Below, piece by piece: positions 15,821-23,811 of a stretch of 32,000 bases of DNA; positions within the stretch are counted from its first letter, which is position 1, and the number at the start of each line of letters is the position of its first letter. Source of the DNA: Verrucomicrobiota bacterium (lineage in GTDB: Bacteria > Verrucomicrobiota > Verrucomicrobiia > Chthoniobacterales > UBA6821); the NCBI GenBank assembly GCA_008932965.1, contig WBXG01000009.1:4145-36144 (forward strand), in the 5' to 3' direction. A program made the position numbers and the translations under genes. Under the pieces are notes generated by a model, which was given only the letters and a program-made list of their open reading frames with translations, did not search any database and was not told the DNA's origin.

Positions 15821-18800
15821 TGTACAAGAATTTTAGAAGTGCTTTTTTAAGAGAGTTTTCGTCATCCACACGAAAATGAGCTCCTGTTTTTAATGGAACA
15901 ATACTTCCGTCAGGATGGACTATTTCTAAAATCAAAGAACGAGTACCATGGTGTTGTTTTAGAATTGTTCTAATACTTGTGAGGTTTTCTAAATTTAATT
16001 TTGTGCGATCGAGTTTGATTTTTAATGGTTTTTTCGAAAGTAGAGGTTGGAGCAGTTTGAAGTCTGAACCGATGGCTCTTACCATGCCCTCCCGTGGAAT
16101 AATTTTTAAGACACACGAGACTACTGTTCCTGGCTTTAGAAGCTTTTCGTGTTCGGTGAAAGCTTCATTCCAGACGGTCATTTCAATGTTGCCGCTATAA
16201 TCCTCTAGGGCAATAATTCCAAATGCTTTCCCTTCCTTCTTTGTGAACTTTTTTTCTACCGTAGAAATGATGCCTGCTACTTTTTCTTTGAGTGGTTCTG
16301 TTGATTCTTGAAGATGAATAAGTGGAGTCAATTTTTCCTTCTCTAATGTCCCTTCATAATCCTCTAGAGGATGACCGGTGACATAGAACCCAAGAAGTTC
16401 TTTTTCGTATGAAAGCTGAATAGCTCTAGGCCAAGGTATGGCTTGGGGTTTGGAATGAGTGGTGTTTTGTGTTTGCGATGGAGCGAAGGATTCTAAGCTG
16501 TCAAAAAGTGAAACCTGTCCCGAGGCTCGATCTCGTTGAATTGAGGCAGCTGAGGCAATAGCAGGTTCAATAGCTTCAAAGAGTTCAGCTCGATGACGTC
16601 CGTCAAAATCAAAAGCACCAGCTTTGACTAAACTCTCAAGGATCTTTTTGTTCACACTGCGTGTATCGAGTCGCGAGCAAAAATCCTCGAGTGATTTAAA
16701 AGGACCATGTGCTTCACGTTCTGCAATAGCTGAGGCCATGGCAGCAGCACCTACATTCTTGACAGCAGCAAGGCCGAATCGAATGCCACGTGCTTTTTTC
16801 TCCTCTTCAGGCAAAAAGGTGAGTCCGCTCTTATTGATGTTCGGTGGAAGAATTGTAATTTCCATGCGAGTGCAGTCGGCCACAAAAGTCGTAATCTTCT
16901 CAGTATTGTTGACAGCATTACTGAGGAGTCCAGCCATGAATTCAATAGTATAATTTGCCTTGAGATAGGCTGTCTGATAGGAAATCAGCGCATAGGCAGC
17001 ACTGTGGCTTTTGTTAAAACCATATTCCGCAAATTTTTCTAAGAAATCAAAAATGGCATTTGCCTGCTTCTCTGGAATGTTATTGAGCCGCTTACATCCC
17101 TCAACAAAAGTGAGGCGTTCTTTGGCCATCTTTTCTTTATCTTTTTTACCCATGGCACGACGTAAGAGGTCTGCCTGGCCAAGGGTGTAACCAGCAAGAA
17201 TATTAGCCGCTTGTTGCACCTGCTCTTGATACACAATGATTCCGTAAGTTTCGGAGCAAATTGTTTCTAGTAGCGGTTGAGCATAGCTCATTTTTTTTGT
17301 CCCTTTTTTTCGTTCAATATACTCATCAATGAACTGCATTGGGCCTGGACGATAGAGTGCAATTAGTGCAATGAGGTCTTCAAAACGATCTATTTGAAGA
17401 CGTTTGGCGACACTCGTCATTCCCCCTGACTCGAGCTGGAAGAGGCCAACGGATTCGCCTCGATTAAGAAGGGCGAAGGTTACTGGATCATCTATGGGAA
17501 TATTTTCTAAAGAAAATGTAGGATTCTTTTGATGAATGAGTTTTACAGCATCACTCATCACAGTAAGTGTCGTAAGTCCCAAAAAATCCATTTTAAGAAG
17601 ACCTAAGTCGGTAAGGGGAGCCATGGAATATTGGCTTACGATTCCACCATCATTACCTCGAGTCAGCGGAATATAGTCAGAAAGATCCCGGTCGGCGATT
17701 ACGATTCCAGCTGCATGAACGCCACTATTGCGCGTGATCCCTTCTAAAATAGTTGCGTAGTTCCAGAGCTGGCTTGTCGATTGTTCTTGTTCTACTGCTA
17801 TTTTTAAATCTGAATTTTTATCTATTGCACCTGGTTCATGTTTCCCTTTTTTATCAACACCATTGAGAGTAATGTTAAGTTCATTAGGGATCATTTTTGC
17901 AATACGATCTGCGTCGCTGTAGCTCCACCCTAAAACACGTCCTACATCACGAACAACGCTCTTAGCACCCATTGTGCCAAAAGTGATGATTTGGGAAACA
18001 GCACGCTCCCCATACTTATTGCGAACATAGTCGATAACTTCACCTCGACGGTTCTGGCAAAAATCAATATCGATATCGGGAGGGCTAATACGATCCGGGT
18101 TGAGGAAACGTTCAAAAATCAATCCATATCGTAGTGGGTCAAGGTCTGTAATCCCAAGAACATAGGCGACTAGGGATCCAGCTGCAGATCCACGTCCAGG
18201 GCCAACAGGAATGCCATGTGTTTTTGCATAATGAATAAAATCCCAAACAATGAGGAAGTAACTCACAAAGCCAGTTTTTTCTAGAATAGAGAGTTCATAG
18301 TCAAGTCGCTGGCGCAGCTCTCCATCCGACTGTATACGATCCCCATAGCGTCGCTGCATCCCCTCTTCAGAAAGCTCACGTAGAAAGCCTTCTCGAGTTT
18401 TTCCTTCAGGTGGTTTGTAATCTGGGTACTTAGAATGTCCAAATTCGATGGTCAGGTTACAACGCTCAGCAATAGTGAGGGTGTTGCTAATTGCATCAGG
18501 ACAATCGGCAAAGAGAGCTGCCATTTCCTCACCTGATTTAAAGTAGAGTTCCGGAACATAGTGCATCCTTTTTTCATCAGCTACCATAGCCCCTGTACCA
18601 ATGCAAATCATGACATCGTGGGCTTCATGATGGGCGCGTTCGAGAAAGTGGACATCATTAGTGGCGACGAGTCCTAATTCAAATTTTTTGGCAAGTTCGA
18701 TTAACAAGGGACGATTGTGACGTTGTGCTTCAATCCCATGATCGCTTAATTCAATAAAGAAATTTTCTTTTCCAAAAATAGTACGATATTCTTGAGTAAG

Positions 18801-19283
18801 GGTTGATGCTTTTTCGAAATCTCCGCTAGTTAAAGCAACATTAATTTCTCCTTTTAAGCATCCACTGAGCGCAATGAGGCCCTCGGCATGCTGGGTAAGG
18901 AGTTTTTTATCAACGCGTGGTTTATAGTAGAAACCTTCTAGGTGTGCCGCTGTGCTCAGCTTAATAAGATTGTGATAGCCTGTATCATTCATGGCTAAGA
19001 GAGTCAAATGATAGGCACTCTCTTTTCCATGATTGCCACCCTTTTTTTCATACATCGATCCTGGAGCTACATAAATTTCGCACCCGATGATTGGCTTGAT
19101 TCCGGCTTCAGTGGCTTTTTGATAAAATTCAATAGCTCCAAAAAGATTTCCGTGATCGGTGAGTGCCACAGCAGGCATATTGCATGCATGAGCCTTAGCA
19201 ATAAGATCATCAATACGAATGGCCCCATCCAGCATGGAATACTCGCTATGAAGATGCAGATGAACAAAGGGAACCGTAGACAT
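15798..19283 (-). CDS. dnaE: DNA polymerase III alpha subunit
   Basis: PHP domain VHLHLHSEYSMLDG, the core motifs GRGSAAGSLVAYVLGITDLDP and FERFLNPDRISPPDIDIDF, and a C-terminal OB-fold region. 1161 aa. The last six codons (SPDISY) plus the stop are read from element copy H. Confidence 0.96.
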   Translation of the reverse strand: MSTVPFVHLHLHSEYSMLDGAIRIDDLIAKAHACNMPAVALTDHGNLFGAIEFYQKATEAGIKPIIGCEIYVAPGSMYEKKGGNHGKESAYHLTLLAMNDTGYHNLIKLSTAAHLEGFYYKPRVDKKLLTQHAEGLIALSGCLKGEINVALTSGDFEKASTLTQEYRTIFGKENFFIELSDHGIEAQRHNRPLLIELAKKFELGLVATNDVHFLERAHHEAHDVMICIGTGAMVADEKRMHYVPELYFKSGEEMAALFADCPDAISNTLTIAERCNLTIEFGHSKYPDYKPPEGKTREGFLRELSEEGMQRRYGDRIQSDGELRQRLDYELSILEKTGFVSYFLIVWDFIHYAKTHGIPVGPGRGSAAGSLVAYVLGITDLDPLRYGLIFERFLNPDRISPPDIDIDFCQNRRGEVIDYVRNKYGERAVSQIITFGTMGAKSVVRDVGRVLGWSYSDADRIAKMIPNELNITLNGVDKKGKHEPGAIDKNSDLKIAVEQEQSTSQLWNYATILEGITRNSGVHAAGIVIADRDLSDYIPLTRGNDGGIVSQYSMAPLTDLGLLKMDFLGLTTLTVMSDAVKLIHQKNPTFSLENIPIDDPVTFALLNRGESVGLFQLESGGMTSVAKRLQIDRFEDLIALIALYRPGPMQFIDEYIERKKGTKKMSYAQPLLETICSETYGIIVYQEQVQQAANILAGYTLGQADLLRRAMGKKDKEKMAKERLTFVEGCKRLNNIPEKQANAIFDFLEKFAEYGFNKSHSAAYALISYQTAYLKANYTIEFMAGLLSNAVNNTEKITTFVADCTRMEITILPPNINKSGLTFLPEEEKKARGIRFGLAAVKNVGAAAMASAIAEREAHGPFKSLEDFCSRLDTRSVNKKILESLVKAGAFDFDGRHRAELFEAIEPAIASAASIQRDRASGQVSLFDSLESFAPSQTQNTTHSKPQAIPWPRAIQLSYEKELLGFYVTGHPLEDYEGTLEKEKLTPLIHLQESTEPLKEKVAGIISTVEKKFTKKEGKAFGIIALEDYSGNIEMTVWNEAFTEHEKLLKPGTVVSCVLKIIPREGMVRAIGSDFKLLQPLLSKKPLKIKLDRTKLNLENLTSIRTILKQHHGTRSLILEIVHPDGSIVPLKTGAHFRVDDENSLKKALLKFLYTSPDISY

Positions 19284-19340
19284 TCATTACAGCCTACATT
19301 CATGGATCAATAGGGTACAGACAGAAGATTTTTTGACTTT

Positions 19341-19355
19341 AAATATCCGGGCTAG
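19341..19355. repeat. Solo terminal remnant of the palindromic element (copy I)
   Basis: AAATATCCGGGCTAG matches the right terminus only. Confidence 0.5.
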
Positions 19356-19377
19356 CTATTTCGTGCTTATCTTAACA

Positions 19378-20226
19378 TCAACTTGTAATACGACATCCTA
19401 CTTCCCGCAAACCCTCTAGAGTAAGGGTAGTATTGATATGGTCAAAAAGTTGAGTTCCTTGCGCAACAAGTTTGGCATCTGTCCCAGTTGCGATCACACA
19501 TGGTCTTTTATTTTTGAAATTTTCTTTTGTTACCCGTGTTACAACCTCTTGAACTAGACCACGAGCTCCTAAGAGTAATCCAGAGTGAATAGCCGTGAGG
19601 GTGCTTTTTCCTACAGCACGACGAATGGGTGAGGGAAGAGATACTGGCAATAGGGCTGTCTTTTCATGCAATGCATCAGCTCCTGTTTTGAGTCCTGGAG
19701 CAATGATTCCACCTAAGTAGGCACCTTGAGCATTAATGATATCAAAAGTAATAGCTGTCCCAAAGTCGACCACGATGGCTGGAGTACCATAGAGAGCTGT
19801 AGTGGCCACCACATTGGCAAGACGGTCTGCCCCAATAGAAGCGGGATCTGGGTAGTTTATAGGAATGCCAAGTTGGCTTGTTGCATCAATAGAGAGAAAC
19901 GGAATACGTTGAGATTTAAAGAACGATGCCAGAAGATGTGTTGCTTTTGGAACAACAGAGGAAGCGATAACACGTTCTACTTTCCAATCTCCTAGAGCCA
20001 AAGCAAGTGTTGTAGGACTTAACAGCGATGTCGCAATTCGGCGAATAGTTATCAAACGCTTTGAAGTTGAGAGAGCCAATTTTGAAGTGGAATTACTAGC
20101 ATCAATCAAAAGCCATTTTCCATGCTGAAGAGGAGAGGGGTTAATCTTTACTGCCTCCCCGTCACAATCAGTATGAAATATCCAGGCTAGCTCCTTTTTT
20201 TTGCTAGCTCTTTTTTTATCATTCAC
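19378..20226 (-). CDS. coaX: Type III pantothenate kinase
   Basis: LLIDASNST (DxGNT-like phosphate-1 motif), VVDFGTAITFD and GGIIAPGL. The ORF-track GTG start at 20226 gives a ~39-aa extension partly read from element copy J. In-frame TTG at 20109 (M-IDASNST) would give the canonical N-terminus. Confidence 0.85.
   Translation of the reverse strand: MNDKKRASKKKELAWIFHTDCDGEAVKINPSPLQHGKWLLIDASNSTSKLALSTSKRLITIRRIATSLLSPTTLALALGDWKVERVIASSVVPKATHLLASFFKSQRIPFLSIDATSQLGIPINYPDPASIGADRLANVVATTALYGTPAIVVDFGTAITFDIINAQGAYLGGIIAPGLKTGADALHEKTALLPVSLPSPIRRAVGKSTLTAIHSGLLLGARGLVQEVVTRVTKENFKNKRPCVIATGTDAKLVAQGTQLFDHINTTLTLEGLREVGCRITS
20151..20190. repeat. Palindromic element copy J (one arm only)
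   Basis: CTGCCTCCCCGTCACAATCAGTATGAAATATCCAGGCTAG is a right-arm sequence without a partner TIR. Confidence 0.75.
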
Positions 20227-20241
20227 AGGCTATTAATAATG

Positions 20242-20661
20242 CTACTTAACTGAGGGATATTCCCTATCGTTTTTTCTACGAGCTCGATATTCTACAATTG
20301 CTTCCTGTGCTATGGGGAGTAAAAGGCGGGCTACTGAAATGAGTCCTAACTGTAAGGTTTTATCTTTAAGTAAAGAGGCGCCAAGCATAGCAGACTGAGA
20401 TAAAAAGGAGGTTTTCTTTTGTTTTTCTAATGAAGGAATAAAACTGCGCTCTTGAGATTTGAAGGGAGTTGACTTGTGAAGCATCCAAGGAAGAGTGATC
20501 CCTGCAAAAAAAAGGGTACTTATCCAAGCCCATGGTTTTTTTTGGATCGAGTGCTCAAGACGTTTAGCTACGTTCAGGGAATCAGTAAAAGAAGCATAGT
20601 CACGAGCAATTTGAACTCTGCTTTGTTGGATCTTGTATTGAAAATTAGAAATTGTTTGCAT
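20242..20661 (-). CDS. Hypothetical membrane protein, possible YqjK-like partner of the upstream gene
   Basis: The start is moved to ATG 20661 (MQTISNFQYKIQQSRVQIA...), which overlaps the upstream stop by 17 nt. It has a helical N-terminus followed by one TM segment (WAWISTLFFAGITLPWML). The upstream 49 codons of the ORF-track call overlap the previous gene out of frame. Confidence 0.5.
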   Translation of the reverse strand: MQTISNFQYKIQQSRVQIARDYASFTDSLNVAKRLEHSIQKKPWAWISTLFFAGITLPWMLHKSTPFKSQERSFIPSLEKQKKTSFLSQSAMLGASLLKDKTLQLGLISVARLLLPIAQEAIVEYRARRKNDREYPSVK

Positions 20662-21076
20662 TGCTGGTAGAGGCAGAGGCAAGAGCCTCCAAGTCGTGTT
20701 GAATTTCAATCGTGGTTTTCTCAAAAGGCAATGAGGAGCTAGAGTGGTAGCGAAGAATAAGTAGAAGAAGCCCAGCGATAACGAGATGGGCAACGGCAAT
20801 AATTCCAAAAACAGTACTCCAGTTGTACTGAAACTGAGTAACCGCGATAATACTTACTGTCGTCAAGAGAGCTAGATAGGCAATCAGAAGAGCTGCTACT
20901 ATTACAATGAGAAGTAAGAGTAAAGTAATGGTTTTTTTAAAAAGCTCTTGTGCCTCAAGGGAAGCTAATGAAAAAAGTGCTAAGAGATGCTCTGCAACAC
21001 CACTGATCAGTCCAAAAAAGCGATCAGGAATACTAGGACTTGAGATTGGTGGTCGAGGAAAAGAAGATGGAATCAT
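20645..21076 (-). CDS. YqjE-like inner-membrane protein (DUF1469, sometimes annotated 'phage holin family')
   Basis: The architecture and sequence pattern resemble E. coli YqjE: an amphipathic helix (LASLEAQELFKK), two TM segments (LLLLIVIVAALLIAYLALL and FGIIAVAHLVIAGLLLLIL) and a polar tail. Confidence 0.6.
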   Translation of the reverse strand: MIPSSFPRPPISSPSIPDRFFGLISGVAEHLLALFSLASLEAQELFKKTITLLLLLIVIVAALLIAYLALLTTVSIIAVTQFQYNWSTVFGIIAVAHLVIAGLLLLILRYHSSSSLPFEKTTIEIQHDLEALASASTSNANNF

Positions 21077-21109
21077 ATGAAATGAATCAACGAGGTTGAA
21101 AAAAAGAAT

Positions 21110-21242
21110 AAGGAGTCGCTATGAAGATGACAATCATTACTGTTTTTATTTCCTGAAAATTTTATTCGTTCTCATTATTTCACGTTATAGTGCAATAGAT
21201 TCAAGTGAGCAGATGATTGGACTCTATTTCCCACTTTTTTTT
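21110..21242 (+). promoter_or_regulatory. Candidate leader region upstream of accD: SD plus an 11-codon mini-ORF followed by a weak hairpin and T8 tract
   Basis: AAGGAG at 21110-21115, 5 nt before ATG 21121. The ORF 21121-21156 encodes MKMTIITVFIS. An imperfect stem GTGcAATAGA / TCTATTtccCAC (21190-21234) is followed by TTTTTTTT at 21235-21242. Confidence 0.2.
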
Positions 21243-21308
21243 CACAGGCTTTCTTGCTGACAGAAAGAAACTCTGTTGATAGTTTTACATTTCGATTATT
21301 TTCTTAGT

Positions 21309-22151
21309 ATGACCATTTTTAGACGACCTTCCTTAAAATTCGGAGCCAAGCGCAAGAGGGAGATACCAGAAGGGCTTTGGAAGAAATGTCCCCAGTGTAG
21401 TGAAATGATTCACCATTTAGCGCTCGAGGAAAATCTCAATGTCTGTCCAAAATGTGAACACCATTTCTCACTTTCAGCCAAAGAGCGTATTTCTACTATT
21501 GTGGATGAGGGATCTTTTATAGAAATGGACTCAGAAATGAGTTCTGTTGATCCTCTGGAATTCCAGGGAGTTGCCGCTTATAAAGAACGTTTAGAAACGT
21601 ATCAAAAAAAAACAGGGCTCATTGAAGCTGTAAGAACAGGAAATGCAATGATAGGAGGATATCCAGTGGGACTTGCAGTGATGGATTTTCAATTTTTAGC
21701 AGCCTCACTGGGTTCTGTTGTAGGAGAAAAGATTACTCGTATTATTGAAGAATCAACAGCAGCTCGGCAACCAATCATTATTATCTCTGCATCAGGAGGA
21801 GCCAGGATGTATGAAGGAGCACTTAGTCTTATGCAGATGGCTAAAACCAGTGGAGCTTTAGCGCGTCATAGTGAAGCACGATTGCCATTTATTTCCATTT
21901 TAACCCATCCCACAATGGGAGGGGTAACAGCTAGTTTTGCGGTTCTTGGAGATGTGATTTTAGCAGAACCTAAAAGTATGATTGGATTTGCTGGTCCTCG
22001 TGTGATTCGTGAAATCGCACATCAAGATTTACCTGAAGGATTTCAAACAGCAGAATTTCTTTTAGAACATGGCCTCATCGATGAAATCGTTCCTCGTGCT
22101 CAGATGAGGAACATCCTGATTACGATTTTAAGTCTTCTTGTAGAAAAATAA
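21309..22151 (+). CDS. accD: Acetyl-CoA carboxylase carboxyltransferase beta subunit
   Basis: N-terminal zinc ribbon CPQCSEMIHHLALEENLNVCPKCEHHF. The carboxyltransferase motif is FLAASLGSVVGEKI...SASGGARMYEG. The start is set at ATG 21309; the TTG at 21276 in the ORF track is less likely. Confidence 0.93.
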   Translation: MTIFRRPSLKFGAKRKREIPEGLWKKCPQCSEMIHHLALEENLNVCPKCEHHFSLSAKERISTIVDEGSFIEMDSEMSSVDPLEFQGVAAYKERLETYQKKTGLIEAVRTGNAMIGGYPVGLAVMDFQFLAASLGSVVGEKITRIIEESTAARQPIIIISASGGARMYEGALSLMQMAKTSGALARHSEARLPFISILTHPTMGGVTASFAVLGDVILAEPKSMIGFAGPRVIREIAHQDLPEGFQTAEFLLEHGLIDEIVPRAQMRNILITILSLLVEK

Positions 22152-22207
22152 TCATAGGTGCATGGTCATGGATCATGAGCTACGAGAGCAGATTCTAAGT
22201 TCCTGTC

Positions 22208-23512
22208 ATGAGTAGCTTTTCTCCTCTCTCTCCACCGCCTTCCTTTTCTGGACTCGACTGGCTCTTCACGCAGCAAAAGAGCGGTATTTCTCGAGACCTC
22301 GATGCTATTACTGCTCTCCTGAAAGTTTTGGGTAATCCCGAAAAAAAATTTCCTGTCTTTCATATTGCTGGGACAAATGGAAAAGGTTCTGTTTCCGCAT
22401 TTGCAGCCTCACTTTTAAAGGCTGCTGGGGTACGTGTTGGTCTTTATACGTCTCCGCATTTAATCGATTTTCGAGAACGTATCCAGCTTGAAGGAAGACT
22501 CATTTCTCCTGAGGATCTCGAAAGTGGGATAAGAAGACTTCAAGCAGCAACACAGACATGGCCTCTGCTACCTACGTTCTTTGAACTGACAACAGCTCTT
22601 GCCTTTGATTATTTTGCACTTCAGGAATGTGATGTTGTTGTTTTAGAGACGGGTCTAGGAGGAAGACTCGATGCAACCAATCTAGCAGAAAAAAAAATAG
22701 CCTGTGCAATGACCCCGATCAGTCTAGACCATCAAGAATGGCTTGGCTCTAAGCTTGTAGATATTGCTCGAGAAAAAGCAGGGATCATGCGTCAGGGAGT
22801 TCCTCTTGTGACTTCCCTGCAGCCAAAAGAAGCCATGACTCTCTTGAATAAGGAAGCGCTTCGGTTGGATGTTCCTATAGTAAGAATTCGTGAGCCACTT
22901 TCTAAGAGTGTCTCATTAGGTCTGATCGGTCCTCATCAACGTTGGAATGCAGCCCTAGCTCTTAGACTTGTAGAACAAGGTCCATGGAAACTTTCTCAAA
23001 GGAGTCAACACGAAGGATTCCAGTCTGTTTTCTGGCCCGGACGATTCCAACGTATTCTAGTAAAAAAAGACCAAGGATTTCTATTATCGAGCTTTATTAA
23101 TGGGGAGCAGCAAGAAATTATTGTGGATGGAGCCCATAATCCTGCAGCAATCAAGCAACTTGTCATAACGTGGAAAGAGCAATTTCCTCATCAACAATGC
23201 ACCCTGATTTTTGGAGCACTCAGTGATAAGGATTGGAAAAGCATGCTTTCCTTATTGGAACCGATTACCTCAGAGATGATTTTGGTTCCTGTCTCTTCTA
23301 CTAGAGCTGTTGCTCCTGATGAAATAAGGAGGTTTTTTCCTAATGCGAGGACTGTTCCATCACTCCAAGAGGCTTTCATAAAAAAAAATGGAAAAGACTT
23401 GCTTCTTAAAAGTGGGTGCCGTGCTCCTATTTTACTTACGGGATCACTCTTTCTCGTTGGTGAGGCACTTTCTCTCTTGCAGGGGAGGGAGTACCATCCT
23501 TCAACTCAGTAG
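22208..23512 (+). CDS. folC: Bifunctional folylpolyglutamate synthase / dihydrofolate synthase
   Basis: P-loop HIAGTNGKGSV, plus TSPHLIDFRERI, VLETGLGGRLDATN and DGAHNPAA. The accD-folC adjacency matches the E. coli arrangement. Confidence 0.92.
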   Translation: MSSFSPLSPPPSFSGLDWLFTQQKSGISRDLDAITALLKVLGNPEKKFPVFHIAGTNGKGSVSAFAASLLKAAGVRVGLYTSPHLIDFRERIQLEGRLISPEDLESGIRRLQAATQTWPLLPTFFELTTALAFDYFALQECDVVVLETGLGGRLDATNLAEKKIACAMTPISLDHQEWLGSKLVDIAREKAGIMRQGVPLVTSLQPKEAMTLLNKEALRLDVPIVRIREPLSKSVSLGLIGPHQRWNAALALRLVEQGPWKLSQRSQHEGFQSVFWPGRFQRILVKKDQGFLLSSFINGEQQEIIVDGAHNPAAIKQLVITWKEQFPHQQCTLIFGALSDKDWKSMLSLLEPITSEMILVPVSSTRAVAPDEIRRFFPNARTVPSLQEAFIKKNGKDLLLKSGCRAPILLTGSLFLVGEALSLLQGREYHPSTQ

Positions 23513-23626
23513 TTATCATTTGCGAAGACCTAGTAGGAGAGAGTCAACTTTTTTAATGACACTTTTCATTCTTCTTCTGCTTGCGCTCAATGCCGAAGGA
23601 TGCAAAATTAATACTTTCTAAAAATT

Positions 23627-23649
23627 CAGGTATGAAATATCCGGGTTAA
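23627..23649. repeat. Solo terminal remnant of the palindromic element (copy K)
   Basis: CAGGTATGAAATATCCGGGTTAA matches the right terminus only. Confidence 0.6.
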
Positions 23650-23811
23650 CCCACTAATAGTGAAAAAAATCTTCATTCATCTATATCTGGTGTTTTTAAA
23701 TTAAAAATTTTAAATATTTTATTTTCTCACATCGCGAAAAATAAAAGCTTTGAAAATGAGTCACCACTCTTGAACCCTTCCTCGTTAACTAACATTACAT
23801 CATTCCTTCCA

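Noticed and set aside
20645-21076. Holin or prophage lysis cassette, because DUF1469 is sometimes labelled 'phage holin family'
   Set aside because: There is no endolysin, spanin, integrase or any other phage gene nearby. The layout matches the chromosomal YqjE-type membrane protein.
22166-22363. Minus-strand 65-aa ORF spanning the accD-folC junction
   Set aside because: It overlaps the well-supported folC N-terminus in antisense and has no independent support.
23388-23621. Plus-strand 77-aa ORF overlapping the folC 3' end
   Set aside because: It is an out-of-frame overlap with conserved folC C-terminal codons and runs into a solo element terminus. It is most likely spurious.
23678-23693. 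Possible NrdR box (CATCTATATCTGGTGT) upstream of nrdA
   Set aside because: Only about 9-10 of 16 positions match the consensus palindrome as I remember it. I could not find the expected second box one to three helical turns away. This is too weak to call.
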